Positions 1 to 15,188 of a DNA stretch of 64,000 nt are shown here, in pieces. Position numbers and translations under genes: made by a program. Numbering within the stretch: the first letter of the stretch is position 1; every line of letters starts with the position of its first letter. The notes under the pieces were generated by a model, which was not told the origin of the DNA, ran no database searches, and worked only from the letters and a program-made list of their open reading frames with translations. Source of the stretch: Octopus sinensis (Eukaryota); contig NC_043004.1 in NCBI RefSeq assembly GCF_006345805.1, forward strand, positions 26,040,001-26,104,000, read 5' to 3'.

Positions 1-1335
1 TTACTGAAAATAAAATATTTAGGACAAATTATTGACAGAAATGGACGTCGACCAGATTCGTCGATGACAGATGCAATTAAAAATATGCCCCCTCCGACAA
101 ATATTGCGACCTTACAAGCATTTTTGGGATTGGGAAATTATTACCAAAATTATATACTGAATATACATAAGGTGAGGATTCCACTAAATAAACTGCTAAA
201 AAAGATGTGAAATGGAATTGGTTGGAAAATTATCAAAGGGCGTCTGGCGAAATTAAAAAAATTATTAACATTTGATTTGTTGTTAGTACACTTCTGAGTA
301 CGGTATAGGAGCAGTAATGCTACATAAGTATAAAGATGGTAACTTGAAGGCGGTGGTTTATGCTTCACGTCCTCTAATATCAGCAGAGAAAAATTATAGC
401 CAAATGGAAAAAGAATCTGTAAAGATTATTTTTGCCATAAAAAATTCACAAATTTTTACACGATAGAAGTTTTGATCATCGTCCGTTATTATCAATATTC
501 GGGTTAAAGAAAGGAATCCCTACGCATACTGAAAGGTTGCAACGCTGGGGTACGATATTATTAAACTATTTGATTTCAAGATGGAGTATATACCATTCAA
601 GAAATTAGGTCACTCTAATTGTCTATCAAGACTGATTTCAAAAAATGCTGCACCATTTGAAAAAAACGTGACTGCTGCTTTGCGAGCGGAAAATGAAATT
701 AAAAATGTTTTGTATAACATCATTCGTGAACTGCTAGTTACTTTACAAGACATAAAATTAAAATCGGAAAACGATAAATTTATTTTTTTTTAAATGTAAG
801 AAATATTGACGGCTAAAGGAGATAAAAAATATGTGCAACACAAAGGCGAACCATTTCTCAATGTGTGACAATGTGTTGATGCCCGCACAAAGAGTCGTAG
901 TGCCAGCCACATTACAAAAGTGATTATTAATGGAATCTCATATTGGTCACCCAGGGATTTCGAAAATGAAATCATTAATGAGAAGTTATGTACATTTGCC
1001 AACAATGGACTGTGAAATTTAAGAATCAATAAAATCATGCAGAGGGTGTGCCTTAGCTGCAAAAGCGCCTGCCACTAAATGACAACTGTGGCCAAAAACA
1101 GGTGTTCCATGGGCCAGATTGCATGTTTATTATGCAGGTTCACTTAAGGGTGTCATATTACCTCGTTGTGGTGGACAGCTTTTCTAAGTGATCAGAAGTG
1201 CATAAATATAAAAAGCCAACATCTATGGTCACAAGCTTTTTACATGAATTGTTTGCCAGGTAAGGTTTTTTCAGATACCATTGTGTCTGACAAGGGAACT
1301 CAATTTACGTCAGACGAGTTCAGAAAATTTTGAAA
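1..1335 (+). mobile_element. Gypsy/Ty3 LTR retrotransposon pol relic (RT connection, RNase H, integrase), frameshifted
   Basis: Fragments AFLGLGNYYQ, YASRPLISAEKNYSQMEKE, HIGHPG, PWARLHV, VVVDSFSK, IVSDKGTQFTSDEF in shifting frames. Confidence 0.85.
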
Positions 1336-2947
1336 AATTGTGAAAAATCAAGTGACAGTGATAGTTTAAATTGACACAGATGTTGCCTGAAAATTTTTAC
1401 ATTGGACATTATTATTACCTGCCTGTGTTGTCACCAAAGGCTGGGTGTATAGAGAACAGCTGGGATATTTGGAAAGTGAATGGTAAACAAAGAAATCAAC
1501 GATATGTATTATGAAAACAGAACATTAACAAAGTTGCTATGACATTCTGTATGGAAGGAACAGCATCAGTCATTTAAACAACTGTTGTAGCACTGTAAAT
1601 TTAATGGGTTGTTAAATTACAATTTATAGTTAGATGTTCCAACATGGTTATAGCTTATTGAGATTTGACATTGAAAACTAAGTCTTCACTACTAGATATA
1701 ATTTACTGGGATTTTACTAGCTGAAGTTGCTAGTTGAAATTGCTGGTTCCATTGATACGTAGGACAATCAGCTCCTACCTTAGCTCAGTTGACCTCACTA
1801 AATAGGAATCATAAGGTAGTACAGCTCATCTCTAAGCAAAAAGCATTCTATCAAAATCAGTGTTTCACCAAACTTCTGTTTCTTCCCATGAGTGCTGCTG
1901 TAGCTAGGATGTGATATATACCAGACATACTTCCTCTAGGTACACTTTAAAACTAATAGTGGTCTGTATCAGATGGTACCTGCTCTGGGTACCCTATAGA
2001 AAAATGAGTGGTTAGTGTCTAGACTTTCCCTGGCTAGCCAGACGGGCTGTATCAGACATACTTTCCCTGGGCATACTATAGGACAGTGGATGAGCTTTAT
2101 TAGCTGTTACTTCTCATGGGTACACAAGAAATAAGGGTTAGTGAATACATCACCGAAATATTATTTTACAGATGGATGCCCTTCCTGTTGCTACAATCTC
2201 TGATCCCTTTGTGAACATCACATCCATAAAATAACTAAAACATGAGATTTTGTCTTCCTACACAGAAAACACAAGAAAGTTCAAGTGCAACCCCCATCAA
2301 ACTATAAAAATATTTATTATGTACTTATTAAGTTGGCGTTTGGAAGGGCATCTAGCTGTAGAAACTATGCCAAATCAGACTGGAATCTGGTACAGCCCCC
2401 TCATTTTACCAGCCCTGGTCAAACTGTCCAATCCATGCCAACATGAACAATGGACGTTAAATGAGGATGATGATGATATTAGAAGTAGTGTAGCCTTTAC
2501 ATCTATATGGTCCTTTTTGGTATGTTCTGCTTACCAAAAAGGACATTAAAGATGACAAGTCCTGTGTTTGTTCAATATGTTTTACATCCATTCATGGGTC
2601 AAAACAATAAAGGCAAGAATGCACAACAATCATTTGCAAAGTATGACATGGTAGCTTATTCTATAACTTCTATTGTAGGTAATAAAGTATCAGTTCTCCT
2701 ACCCTTGACTCACCTTTGATGAGTAGAAGGGGAAAGGGTTGAACTATCAGTAGTTTGGTAGTGAATTGGATCAACATAAAATGATGTGTTACCTAGTCCA
2801 TGAATTGAGTCAATGACTTTAGGATTGTGAACCTAACTCCATAAAATTTGGCCGCAAACTTTCACTGAAACAAAAACACCAGTTATATATAATAAGGATA
2901 GAATTGAAGTGGTCAACTGTATGCTTCCCACAGAAAGCCATAGTTAC

Positions 2948-3198
2948 CTGAAATGGGGATCTGGCTTGAAATTCAACGTCACTTTTGTGCCATTCATCTC
3001 CCTGTATTCCTCTCTTGCTAAACAATACTTCTGTTTGGTGCCTATCAAAGAACTGTGCTCGTAGAGTCAACATGCCTACTGTATAGCCAGCCATGTGGTA
3101 AGAGAGTTTGATACAATATAAATTAGTTGGTATACGTTGTGAAGTGAGCCGTGTCACTCTATTCTCATGTCCATTAGCTTCAGCAAAGATGTAATAGC
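2948..3198 (-). CDS. Astacin-MAM, exon 12 (MAM core); gene continues left of the window
   Basis: GYYIFAEANGHENRVTRLTSQ...CIKLSYHMAGYTVGMLTL...GIQGDEWHKSDVEFQARSPFQ; donor CAG|GTAACT; I found no final exon (GDIAIDD-type) within 1-2947. Confidence 0.93.
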
Positions 3199-3587
3199 CT
3201 GGCATAAAAAGATATATTTCAATGGGCAATTGATTTAATAAAATGTATTTAAGTTGATTATATATTCTGAAATTAAATTTAAATGGTAAAAACCAATAAA
3301 AGAATCTGTACCTCATCATGTGAATATTTTTGAAAAAAAAACTAATTATAGCAATTGATGAGAATCCATGCAGAATAGTGAGAATCCAAACAATAATATA
3401 TTTATTCATTCTTAATACATTCTAGCCGATTCAAATGTGATTAATATTTGAACAATTTGTTTGCTGATTCCTATAAACAAAGGCTTGTACTGTTAGATTC
3501 ATCGATTTGGTGGAATACCTTGGGCTGAAGAGGCACACAAGGTCAAAATACAGAAGTATCTCAAAGTCTTTACACCTACAAATCATG

Positions 3588-4481
<894 letters not shown>

Positions 4482-5874
4482 TGTTCATCATCTTTATCAT
4501 CATCATTATCATCCTCCTCCTCCTCATCATCATTTAACGTTTGTTGTTCATGCTGGCATGGTTTGGATGGTTTAGCCAGAGCTGGTAAGCCAGATAGCAA
4601 TACCAGGCTCCAGTTTGATTTGACATGGTTTCTACAGTTGGATGCCCTTCCTAATTCCAACCACTTTACAGAGTGTGTTGGGTGCTTTTACATGGGCGTT
4701 TTTATGTGGCTCAGCACAGGTGCTTTTATGTGGCATCACAAGTGTGCTTTTACATGGCACCATACTGGTTCTTTTACGTGGTATCTCATGAGTACTTTTA
4801 TATGACACCACATGGGCACTTTTACTCAGTGCTGCCATGAGTGCTTTTTATGTGGCACCGGCACAGGACTCTTGCTGGCCTATCCTCTCCACCAGGGAGA
4901 CTGGACTTAACATTCTGCTGTGGAGCACAGGTCCTCTTGAGTACATGGTGCCAGGCATCTCAGTCCTTTGTCATCTTGCCCAAAGAGTTCAGCATCCTGC
5001 GGTCATTCTTCATTACTTCGAGTGTTATAATCACAAGCTGTCTAAACTATTGTTTCTCAAACGATTTTTAACCTAAGGACCCCTTTGATTTCTGTTTTAT
5101 TCAATGTTTAAAAATCCATATCATATTTTTGTGATTAAACATTATTGGGAATTGTATTAAAAATTGTTAAAATATTTTGTGTATTGTAGAAGTATAACTG
5201 ATTTATTGCAAATATATTTTAATAACAAAATCTTATGTGGACCCTCAAGGACCATATGGATACTGGTTGAGAACCACTGGTCCAAACAGAGGAAGTGTTC
5301 TCTGATGATGAAAAATAGCAGTGATCAAATATTCACATTTGAATCTACAAGAATGTATTAAGAATGAATACATACTTTATTAATTATAATAACATTTCTG
5401 ATTGCCACAAAGTTATTTTCACTGTTTCAATTGACAAAAACAAAATATCTCCTGTTTTAGAAGAGCAGAAAAGGGAGGTCACTACTTGTAAACTGTTCAG
5501 GTTTCTCCACACTGGTGTGACTATCACCTTCACTGCACCAAATTGATGAGATGAGTATGATGTGTCTATAACCTTTACAGTCCTACCTTGGTCAGTTTGT
5601 TACAGTGGTGTGCCTATGATCTTCACAGTCCCACATTGGTCAGACTGGTATGAAGTGACCATCACCTTCACAGCCCTACACTGGTCAGACTTATACAACT
5701 AATACCTATTCTGAATGGGGAATATGAATTTGTGGTTTGGTCTCAATTCTTGCATCTGAGTAGATTCTTATAAAGGTTCCCCAGGACCAAGTAGTGGTGT
5801 TAAACTGGGTGGCTAAATATAATTGATACTGTTACTGACCAGCAGTTTTATAAGTTCTTATAATACAGCAACAC

Positions 5875-6273
5875 TTTTTACTCTTTTACTTGTTTCAGTC
5901 ATTTGACTGTGGCCATGCTGGAGCACTGCCTTTGGTCGAGCGAATCAACCCCAGGACTTATTCTTTGGAAGCCTAGTACTTATTCTATCGGTCTCTTTTG
6001 CTGAACCACTAAGTTACGGGGACATAAACACACCAGCATCGGTTGCCAAGTGATGTTGGTGGGGGGGGGGGGACAAACACAGACACACAAACACACATGT
6101 ATAGATATAGATATATATGATGGGCTTCTTTCAGTTTCCATCTACCAAATCCACTCACAAGGCTTTGGTCGGCCCAAGGCTAAAGTAGAAGACACTTGCC
6201 CAAGGTGGCACACAGTGGAACTGAACCCAGAACCATGTGGCTGGTAAGCAAGCTACTTACCACACAGCCACAC
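5875..6273 (-). mobile_element. Abundant SINE family with internal (CA/TA)n, full copy
   Basis: GTGGCTGTGTGGTAAG..GGTTCAGTCCCACTG..GAAACTGAAAGAAGCCC..AATGACTGAAACAAGTAAAAGA; at least 10 related copies in the window. Confidence 0.9.
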
Positions 6274-6518
6274 CATGTTCATATTTTAAAATTTTATTGT
6301 TCTATGGCACATTTACTGAATGGGTGAATTGCTATATAGTTACTTGGCCCACCAGAAATAGCAGTCAAAAATCTCTTAAATCACACAGACACATTAGATA
6401 TGGCTGATTAAAAAAAGAGTGGATGGTCATAGCCAGAATAACTTTGTTCAACTGCTCAATTAGGGATGACATAGAAGTTAGGAAGAAAGAGGAGGAAATG
6501 AAGGAGACCATTACTCAC

Positions 6519-6665
6519 CAAGACCATTAGTATTATCTCCACTGGGGCCAGTGAATGCAGTTGGAGTCGAACCTTTGAAGACTTTCCAGTCAAAATCATC
6601 ATCTGTATTTTGTTTCCAAGAACAAATGTTCTGTTGTTCAAAGTTGCAGTCCCACTTTGTATGTC
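6519..6665 (-). CDS. Astacin-MAM, exon 11 (MAM domain N-terminus)
   Basis: [49 protein letters not shown]; CxFE..C.W..DDFDW..TP...TGP.GD MAM signature; donor |GTGAGT; not in the ORF track. Confidence 0.93.
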
Positions 6666-6734
6666 CTGACATTGAAATATAAGCTCATTAGTTTAGATTA
6701 TTGGTTACAATGTCAATAACGATGATGGTGGTGG

Positions 6735-6768
<34 letters not shown>

Positions 6769-7224
6769 ATAACAATAATAGCAATTTTGAGGTGGGGGAT
6801 TAATCAATACCACCAACCCTGGTACTTGACAGGTATTTTTTTTATCAGTTCTGAAAAGATGAAGAGCAAAGTTGAGAGAAAAATGTGAGAGGGAGAGTGG
6901 AGGGAAATATACCATGGGTGGGGAAAGGGAGTGTTGGGAAGATGGGTTGTGAGAGGGTTTTCAAGGGGGAGAGATTGTGTGTGGGAGGGGGAAGGATCAT
7001 AAAGGACATGCCTTAATGGCTTCAAATAAAAGCAGTGTGAGGTAAACAAACAAATAAAAAAAAAACATACCAGCAGAGCAGGCACTTCAAAAATAATGAA
7101 AGCAAATTTTACCAACAGCTGAGCAATGAAGAGGAACATCAGGGGAATGATGTGTCAGATGCTGAAGTAGCAAGGAACTTATAGTCAGAATTCTTGAGAA
7201 AAGAAGTTCAACATAATATGGAAG

Positions 7225-7469
7225 CAGACTAGTTCTACCCGAAAAGCTCTACCTGCGACGATTTCATCTCAATCGAAGGAGAGGAGCTTTCTCCATCCGG
7301 GTTGCGGATCTGTGGAACAAGCTGCCAGACGAGATGGTGAAGATGCCGACGACTGCTTTGTTCAAAGCCTCCCTTGACCTCAAGTGGCCTGAACTCTTTA
7401 CATGAACACCATCCTGTACTTAACTCCATGTCCCCCTACATGGCCTTGCTATTTGCTTTTGAGCCAAAT

Positions 7470-7503
<34 letters not shown>
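7225..7503 (+). mobile_element. Short 3' copy of the same CR1 family with (AACT)n tail
   Basis: High identity to 23920-24160. Confidence 0.88.
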
Positions 7504-8003
7504 GTTATGGAAACTTAGAAGTGAAATGGAAGCCAGAACAAAACAAGAAAATATAACAATTACAGATACGAGGATTAGACTGGGTGCATGAGCAGGGAGT
7601 CCACATGAGGGCAAAATTCACCTCCTTGTACCTTGAGGGTATGCTCTGGCACATTGCTACCACCTCTCTCTCTCTCCTCTTTCCCCCCTCTTTCTCCCTC
7701 CCTCAGACTGGGGGTAACCATGTATATCCTTTACAGTAAAACACCTGTTTCCCCTCATAGTTTAACTTCTCATCAACTAGTAAAAAAACACCTCCACAAT
7801 ACTACTCCCCCCCCCAGTTGATGGATCTTTGTCTTGTAAGTTACTTCATGACCTCGGTGGTGCTGGTGCTATGTAAAAAGCACCCTGTACATTCAGTAAA
7901 GTGGTTGGCATTAGGAAGAGCATCCAGCCATAGAAACCATGTCAAAGAAGATAGCACAGTCGTCTAGCTTGCCAGCCCCTGTCAAACCATTCAACCCATA
8001 CAT

Positions 8004-8303
8004 GTTTGTTCCTTCTCGAGCCATGCCTAGCTCATAAGGGCCGGTTTCCCGGTTTCTAGGCATATAGGTTCCCCACCAGGATGGGACGCCGGTCCATCGC
8101 AGGTGAGCTGCAAGATGCAGAAGGAAAGAGTGAGAGAAAGTTGTGGCGGAAGAGTCAGCAGAAGTTTCGTTATTACCTCCTGCTGGAGCCGTGTGGAGCT
8201 TAGGTGTTTCGCTCATAAACACACACATCGTCCGGTCTGAGATTCGAACCTGCAATCCCTCGACCGCAAGTCCACTGCTCTAACCACTAGGCCATGTACC
8301 TCC
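8004..8303 (-). mobile_element. tRNA-derived SINE, second family
   Basis: Head GGTACATGGCCTAGTGGTTAGAGC..GGTTCGAATC; 3' body shared with 34640-34790. Confidence 0.8.
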
Positions 8304-9009
8304 ACAACCCATGCATGCATAGAAGACAGATGTTAGATGATGATGATCACAGATAAGAAAGTGGAAAAGACAGTTAAGAAAGTACCAAACTGGAAAGCCA
8401 ATGGACTAGATGGTGTTCAGGGATTCTTGCTAGATATCTTCTGAGTATCCACAGTCATATACAATACAATCTTTTCACATTGTTGGCAAAGACTAATATA
8501 TAACTTTAGATATATCTATATTATACGTTTCAGGAGTTATAGTGATGATGATGATAATGATGATGACTACAACTACTACTACGACAACGACGATGACGAC
8601 GATGATGACAACAATGATGATGATGATGATTGATAATAAAAATCTGTTTAAGAGTGCTTGGGACGTTTAAGCAGAAGGGAATTTAGGGCACTGTTCTGAA
8701 AAATATTAACATTGATGAATTATCAATATAATTAACATATTCATTAATGAAAGTGTATCGTTTTTGTTTCATATAATTAATATACGCCAAATGTATACAC
8801 TAAATATTTAGTACTAAATGTGCTTGACCCAACAAAATGTTGGGGCGAGCTCAAATGAACCTTAACTATAATTCCAACACCTCGATTTTTTTCAATTTTT
8901 AATTTCCATTAACTTTCTTAAACTTCATAAAAAGTGCATATACTTTATGTTAAAATATTCATTGTATTATAACCTTTAGTTTCATATAAGTTTTATAGTA
9001 TAATAATTA

Positions 9010-9230
9010 TAATGGTTTCAAATTTTGCCACAAGGACAGCAGTTTTGGGGCAGGAGATGAGTCGATTACATCGACCCCAATGTTCAACTGGTACTTATTT
9101 TATCGACCCCAAAAGGATGAAAGGTAAAGTTAACCTAAGCAAAATTTGAACTCAGAATGTAGCAGCAGGCAAGATATCTCTAAGCATTTTGTCTGGTGTG
9201 CTAATGATTCTGCCAGCTCACCACCTTAAT
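9010..9230 (+). mobile_element. Nin/Deu-domain-like SINE fragment (related pieces at 32360-32760)
   Basis: TCGACCCC..AACTGGTACTTATTTTATCGACCCC..AAAGGATGAAAGG..ATTTGAACTCAGAA core. Confidence 0.6.
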
Positions 9231-9269
9231 AATTATAGTAGTAATATCTTTTCTAACATTATGTTCTAA

Positions 9270-9907
9270 CAAAATGTTCAAACTTTAAATTTTTCTGAAA
9301 AAAATTGTTGTTTTACAGAAAAAGGTTTAATAAAATGTTGAGCCTTTAAAAGATAGAAACTAGAATAAAAAAAAAATTTATTTGACATTTTATTGCACTT
9401 TTTGAAAAGAATAATAGTTTTAATAATAAATGCTTCTCTTCATTCTCTTGCTTTTCTTTTTCTCTCCTCTGTCCCATTTTTCAATCCTTTCTCCTCATCT
9501 GGGTCATCATCCTTCTTCCCAGACCTATCTCTCTTTCATGTTTCTTCTCTCTCATTTTTCATTTCCTTTTCTCTTCTTTATTCCATCATTTTACCTTCTT
9601 CTATCTATCCTCTTCAATTAACTCATCATGCTTCTTCCTGGACCTACCGTTGTTTCATGTTTCTCCTCTCCTCCTCCTATCATTTTTCTCCTTTCCTTAA
9701 TCCCCACCAAATGTTTCTGCTTGTGTTTCTAAAAGAAATTATATAGTTAATCTTCATTTGTTAATAAAAGGGGACTGAACTAAATGCCAATTAAATTTTT
9801 TTTACTTTTTGATTCTAGTTTCTAATTTTTGAAGGCTCAACATTCTATTAAATCTTTTTCTGTAAAACAACAATTTTTTTAGAAAAATTTAAAGTTTGAA
9901 AATTTTG
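9270..9907. mobile_element. MITE-like element with ~125-bp terminal inverted repeats
   Basis: 9270-9395 is the reverse complement of about 9785-9907 (CAAACTTTAAATTTTTCT..GTTGAGCCTT..AGAAACTAGAAT). Confidence 0.7.
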
Positions 9908-10635
9908 ACAATCCCTTTTCCTGTAAAACAGGAAATTTTTTCCATCTAAATTAATGATTGATTAGCTGTCACTTGTAAACAAAGCACAAGTTTCTTAATC
10001 TAGTGGCAGGAACAAATAGTTTATCATCAGTCACAATGGGAAATTTTATGTGCAGTCCTGCAAGTTGTTGAAACTCTACACTGATGAAACAGACCTTCCC
10101 ATACAGGTATCCCAATTTACAATCAGTTTTACTGGGTCACTGGAAGGTACGGCCATAATAGAATATGTGTCAAGAATATAAACCACACCACACACTTCAT
10201 TAGCTCAATGATAAATATCATTGCGTCTTGGCAAATAGGAGACAACTTTTGAAATGTTTTGGTCTATTCTGACCACCTCAGCAGTACCAAGAGTTCACTG
10301 TAGTTGTTGAAGTAGAGATGTAAGTATACAATATGGTATGTAAGTGTGAGGGAACAATTAATATATTTAAACATTTTTCACAGGAATGCTGTTTACATGG
10401 CAACTATAGTTAAGTCCATGTTAACATGTTTAATGGCATGAGCATAAACTTAGAAATAATTATGTGGTGAGAGTAAAATAATATCAGCTGAATGACTAGT
10501 GTTACTTCAATCATTAGTCAGGTTGTTCTCTCAATAGAAAAAACTTATGCAGTTAAAGAGGAAGTTATTTAATCAAAGTGCTTTAATTAGAATATATTAA
10601 TTAAACACTTTACGCTTGTAATCGTTTCAACTTAC

Positions 10636-10866
10636 CCCCACAACCGTAAAGAAGCTGAACTTTTTTAACATCAATAGGACTGATGTATTTTCTTTGTCCA
10701 ATATAGGCATATGGGTATTTGGGTGATAGTGTTGGTGAATAAGGATCTTTGGCAAAAAAAGCAAAACCGTAATGCATTATGGATTGGTAATCATAAGGTA
10801 ATCCTAAGTCATCTATGTAATCCACTGAATATTTTAGAAAATTCACACTGCGGTTCACCACTGGGT
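10636..10866 (-). CDS. Astacin-MAM, exon 10 (Met-turn, end of catalytic domain)
   Basis: ...LGLPYDYQSIMHYG...IGQRKYISPIDVKKVQLLYGCG; SIMHY Met-turn; acceptor TTTTCAG|, donor |GTAAGT; possible second in-frame acceptor 6 nt downstream. Confidence 0.96.
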
Positions 10867-12549
10867 CTGAAAAGATAAAGAGTTGCTTTTAAATATTTAT
10901 CATATCTACTGCCACTTACCCATAACTGTCAATTTTCTAATAAAGACAGTTGAGATAGATGATAATGATTTCAAATACAAAAGGCTTGACTGTTTGTAAG
11001 GACATAAAATATTTGTTTAATAGTCAATGTATATTAGAAAACATTTATTTTAGCAACTTGTAAGATTTCCAGAACCACCAGGAAATATAAATACTTCACT
11101 ACTTCCCTGATATTGCATTGTCTTCATGTATAAACAATATACATCTTGAGATCACGATGCCCTTTAGAAATACTAGGCCCAACCTTCAGTTATCAAGGAC
11201 ACATCACTGTTTATTAAGTCAGTGGTGCCAAGCTCTGTATTCCTATTTGCCTCTCTAAACGCCACAAACATTTGGTATTTTAATCTGACAGAAACATCAA
11301 CAAATAAATTAAGATAAAATATCTGCAATATAGAATATAATCGTTAGAGATATATTTCAGTTATTGTGGACTGTGTATTAAAAAAGAAAACATAACTTGT
11401 CTGTTTCTGTTGAGGCCACTGGAAGCTGCAAAAAAAAGATAAAAAGTGAAATGTCTAAGAGAAAGACTCAAGTAAAATGAGAAATATGTTGATCTCTTGT
11501 TTGATAAGGGGTAGATGTACACTACTGGAGTGGGAACCAGGTTGTAGATGATTGTTGATTAGACATATAGCAACTTGTTGTTGCTAGGTTAGTCCTTATC
11601 AAAAACATTCCGACCATAACCATTCCAATTTCTTTTCAGACATACCTTGGATTGTATTATTCAATGTGTCTTTAGTAATGAGTGTCAGCAGGAAGATTTA
11701 GCTGATATTTCTAGCTGTTCTAGTGTCTACATAGAACAAGGGTAGAGAGTTCTTCCTGCATTTGAAGAAACTATTCTCTAAAAACTCACCTCTAAGACTA
11801 GGTTTAAGCTAATCAGACATTAATATAAGTTGCCCTCAACATCATTAACTTTCTGATAGATCAAAGATGAAGTGAAACAACTATTATTGGTCAACTTTAA
11901 AAGGAAAGAAATTACTAGCAGACTTTCTATGGAAAATTATTTTAAAGTTAAAAGTTTAAAAAAAATATAGAAAACTGTTGATTTCCTAGTTTAATTAATT
12001 CTATTTATGTACAACAAAATAATGATTAATCTGTTTAAGGCACTCAAGAATTAATAGTGATTTTCTGAAACCTTAAATTGTAATTTAAAAAATCTGTGAC
12101 ACATCTAGACACTCCTTGTGGAGCACACAGATGCCTCTTGTGGCACATCTAGAGACAGTGGCCTATCATTTGGGAGTCAGTGTTTTAAGCCATAACAGAA
12201 TTTTGAGTTTGATTATATGCAAATTGATGAAGTAATTGGCCCATTACTATTACAACTTATTTAACAGTCATCATTGGTGGCTCATTTGGGCAGTGGGTTG
12301 TTAGAATTGTTAGATCATCTAATAACATGTCTTGTGCTGTTTGTTATCATCTGATAAAACATGTCTTGTGTTATTTGTTAACTGAGGTTAACTTTGCCTT
12401 TCATCCTTCCTTGGTTACTAAAATAAAGTACCTGTCAAGTACTGAATACAGTTTAATTGTCTAATTCATTTCCTCTAAATTCAGTCCTTGTACCAAAGTA
12501 ATTAAGTATGTAATTAACATATATTATGAGTAACTCTTTTACTTATATT

Positions 12550-13790
12550 AAACATTTTAAAGAAGTATCAGAATGGTTGGAAACAGTTCCTAGGGATAGT
12601 TAAATGGGAAGATATTTTTCACAGATGTAAATAGAACATGTGTGTCTTATTTGTAAAGATTTGCTTGTAGTCAATGAAAATGGACAATCTTGACCAGCAT
12701 ATTTGTCTAATCATTAGAAACTGTGTTTAGACAAAGTAGAATCCTTTAAAGAATTTTTATGCAAACACAAATATATTTTTGAAAGACATATCAATGAAAG
12801 CACTTCTGGTAGTAAGCTAGCTGTTAAATGTATGAGTTAAGTGTGTGTGTATAGTTGCTACAACATGGACTTGAACTTCAAAAAAGTCTAATTGTTTGAA
12901 GAAATTACTTTATCTTGGAGGACAGTGAATAAAAGATATGGCTTACATTGTATAAGTAACTTTGAAACAAACAGTATCAGGATTTATTGAATAACTGCAG
13001 ATGAGACAACAGATACAGGAAGTATGGCAGAGTCGATTGTATTTACTATATCTGAATATATATCTGGTTATGGGATAAGGGCAAATTTTATAATACAAGA
13101 AGATTTAATTGCTTTAAATTTGATGTATGTGACTAGCAGTGAATATGTTTTCTAGAAGGAAATCAGCAATAAGTGAACTTAATTTACTCTACAAAAAATA
13201 TCAGCCGCATCGCAGAAAGGACATGTGACTTTAATCAAGAAATTCAAGAACCATAAACTGGAGTCAAATATATCAATTGTGTGTTATCATGCTATTGATC
13301 AACGAAATGTCTATATAAATTCTCCCAAAATAAACAATGCAATTGAAGTAGTAACACAATGTTTTTATTTAATAAAAACAAGAGATTAAACAACAGAAAA
13401 TTAAAAGAAATATTGAAGGACCTTCAAGTGGAATATAGGGATATAATGTTCGCCAGTTAAATAAAGAATGCACTCTAGTGAACTGAAAGATACAGTGAAA
13501 CTACTTATAGATACTGAAAGCCACAAAAATGGTTGAATAATTTGGTAGTGTTGGTTGATATTGTACCACATAAATGGTTCAAGTTTGAAATGACTTGGTC
13601 TAAATAAGTTTATTAACTTCCTTCTTGTCCATAAAGCAGCTTTGGATCAAATTCTTTGTTTTCAATAGAACAAAACACTATGATATATTCCCACAATTCC
13701 TTATTTGCTTTGCTGGACGATATATAAATTAAAAGCAAATAATCAGTAGCATAGCAAATGGTAAATGTGTCTCAAACCTCAGATTTAGGG
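12550..13790 (+). mobile_element. Old hAT (SPIN/Charlie-like) transposase relic
   Basis: Broken frames give ITADETTD and NNRKLKEILKDLQVEYRDIMFAS, resembling the hAT DESTD and NHRQFKxxL..EYGD motifs. Confidence 0.5.
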
Positions 13791-13839
13791 GCTGCAAGAA
13801 TTTGAAGATTCATTGATACTCAAGGAAAATAAAGATATC

Positions 13840-14180
13840 AGGTGCAAGCATGGCTTGCTTCCTAATCAGATGATTCCAGGTTCAATTCCACAGCATGGCA
13901 CCTTGAACAAGTGTCTTCTACTATAGCCCCAGGCCAGCCAAAGCCTTGTAAGTGGATTTGGTAGATAAAGTCTGAAAGAAGCCTCTGTGTGTGTGTAGTT
14001 GTGAGTTTCTCCCCCACCACTTGACAGTATTGTTGGTTTGTTTACATCTCTGGCTAAAGAGACAGATAGAATAAGTGCTATGAATATGTTCTGTTGTTGA
14101 TTCATTCAGCTAAAACCCTTCATGGCAGTGCCCCAGCATGGTCATAGTGAATGGGTGTAACAAGTGAAAGGGAAAAGATA
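13840..14180 (+). mobile_element. SINE, same family, diverged
   Basis: Similarity to 5875-6273. Confidence 0.75.
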
Positions 14181-14284
14181 AGAGATATTTATGTTTTAGA
14201 TCTGTGTTAATACTTCAAATATTTCCAGAGTCTATACTGTTACAGGGAGTACTCTTCACACCACAGAAATGTGTCTCCTGTTGA

Positions 14285-14850
14285 TACGAGGTGGTATCAA
14301 AACGTTCCTAGATTAGTTCAGTTGTGCACCAATAGATGGCAGCACACAGTTCTGTTCACAGTAAAAGCTAGCAGTGAGACTCATGAGGCAGTGTGCAGAG
14401 TGACATCACTGTATTTACTTTGCAAGATATGAAATTTGTGTTTTTGCGATCATGTATATGCTGTAGTCTGCAATTTTGTCTTAGACAGGAACAAAGAGCC
14501 AACGTGAAATCTTGCGTTAAACTTGGGAAGTTTGCTACAGAGACATTGAGCATGCTTTGGCAAGCTTATGATGATGAGGCAATGGGTCGTACACTATGTT
14601 TTGAGTGACACAGGTGCTTCAAATGTGGAAGAACGTCCCTGGAAGATTTGCCACAAGTGTCACCTCTGGAAATGTGGTATTGTACATCGAGAATTTGTCC
14701 CCAGTGCCAGACCATCAATCAAGAGTTCTACTTTGACACTTTGAAGTGTTTGAGGGAGAACTTTCAGTGAAAGCGACTGGATCTGGAGAGCACGAAGAAT
14801 TGGATTCTTCACGATGACAATGTACCCTATCACCCTGTCCTTGTGACCAA
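14285..14850 (+). mobile_element. Mariner relic, same family as 3588-4481, 3'-truncated
   Basis: Same left TIR; QRANVKSCVKLGKFATET and WILHDDN remnants. Confidence 0.82.
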
Positions 14851-15188
14851 GGAAGGCCAAAATCATGTGATCTGGTGGTCTTGGCACTGGAGGTGGCAGG
14901 TTTTTATCTCCCAACTAACAATACAAACAAGAGTGCATTTTGTACCAAAAACCAATATGAGAGTTTCTCTCATGGTATCTACCACAATATAATTTGTTCT
15001 AAGAGAACATCCACATTTAAGTGGGGAGATAAATATTACCTCTTGGTACTAATACCGCCTCTGTCACTTATTTCTTTTATCTTTTACCTTTTACTTATTT
15101 CAGTCGTTAGACTATGGCCATAGTGGGGCACTGTCTTGAAGAATTTTAGTCAAATGAATCAACTCCAGTACTTGCTTTTTTTTTAACT

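Noticed and set aside
2712-2856. Possible next exon after exon 12 (good acceptor at about 2857 and a GTGAGT donor)
   Set aside because: The required phase-0 frame starts with TGA and no frame gives MAM C-terminal residues; a truncating isoform cannot be excluded
5705-5813. Candidate exon between exons 11 and 12
   Set aside because: The phase-1 frame ends in a stop before the donor, and exons 11 and 12 already join seamlessly
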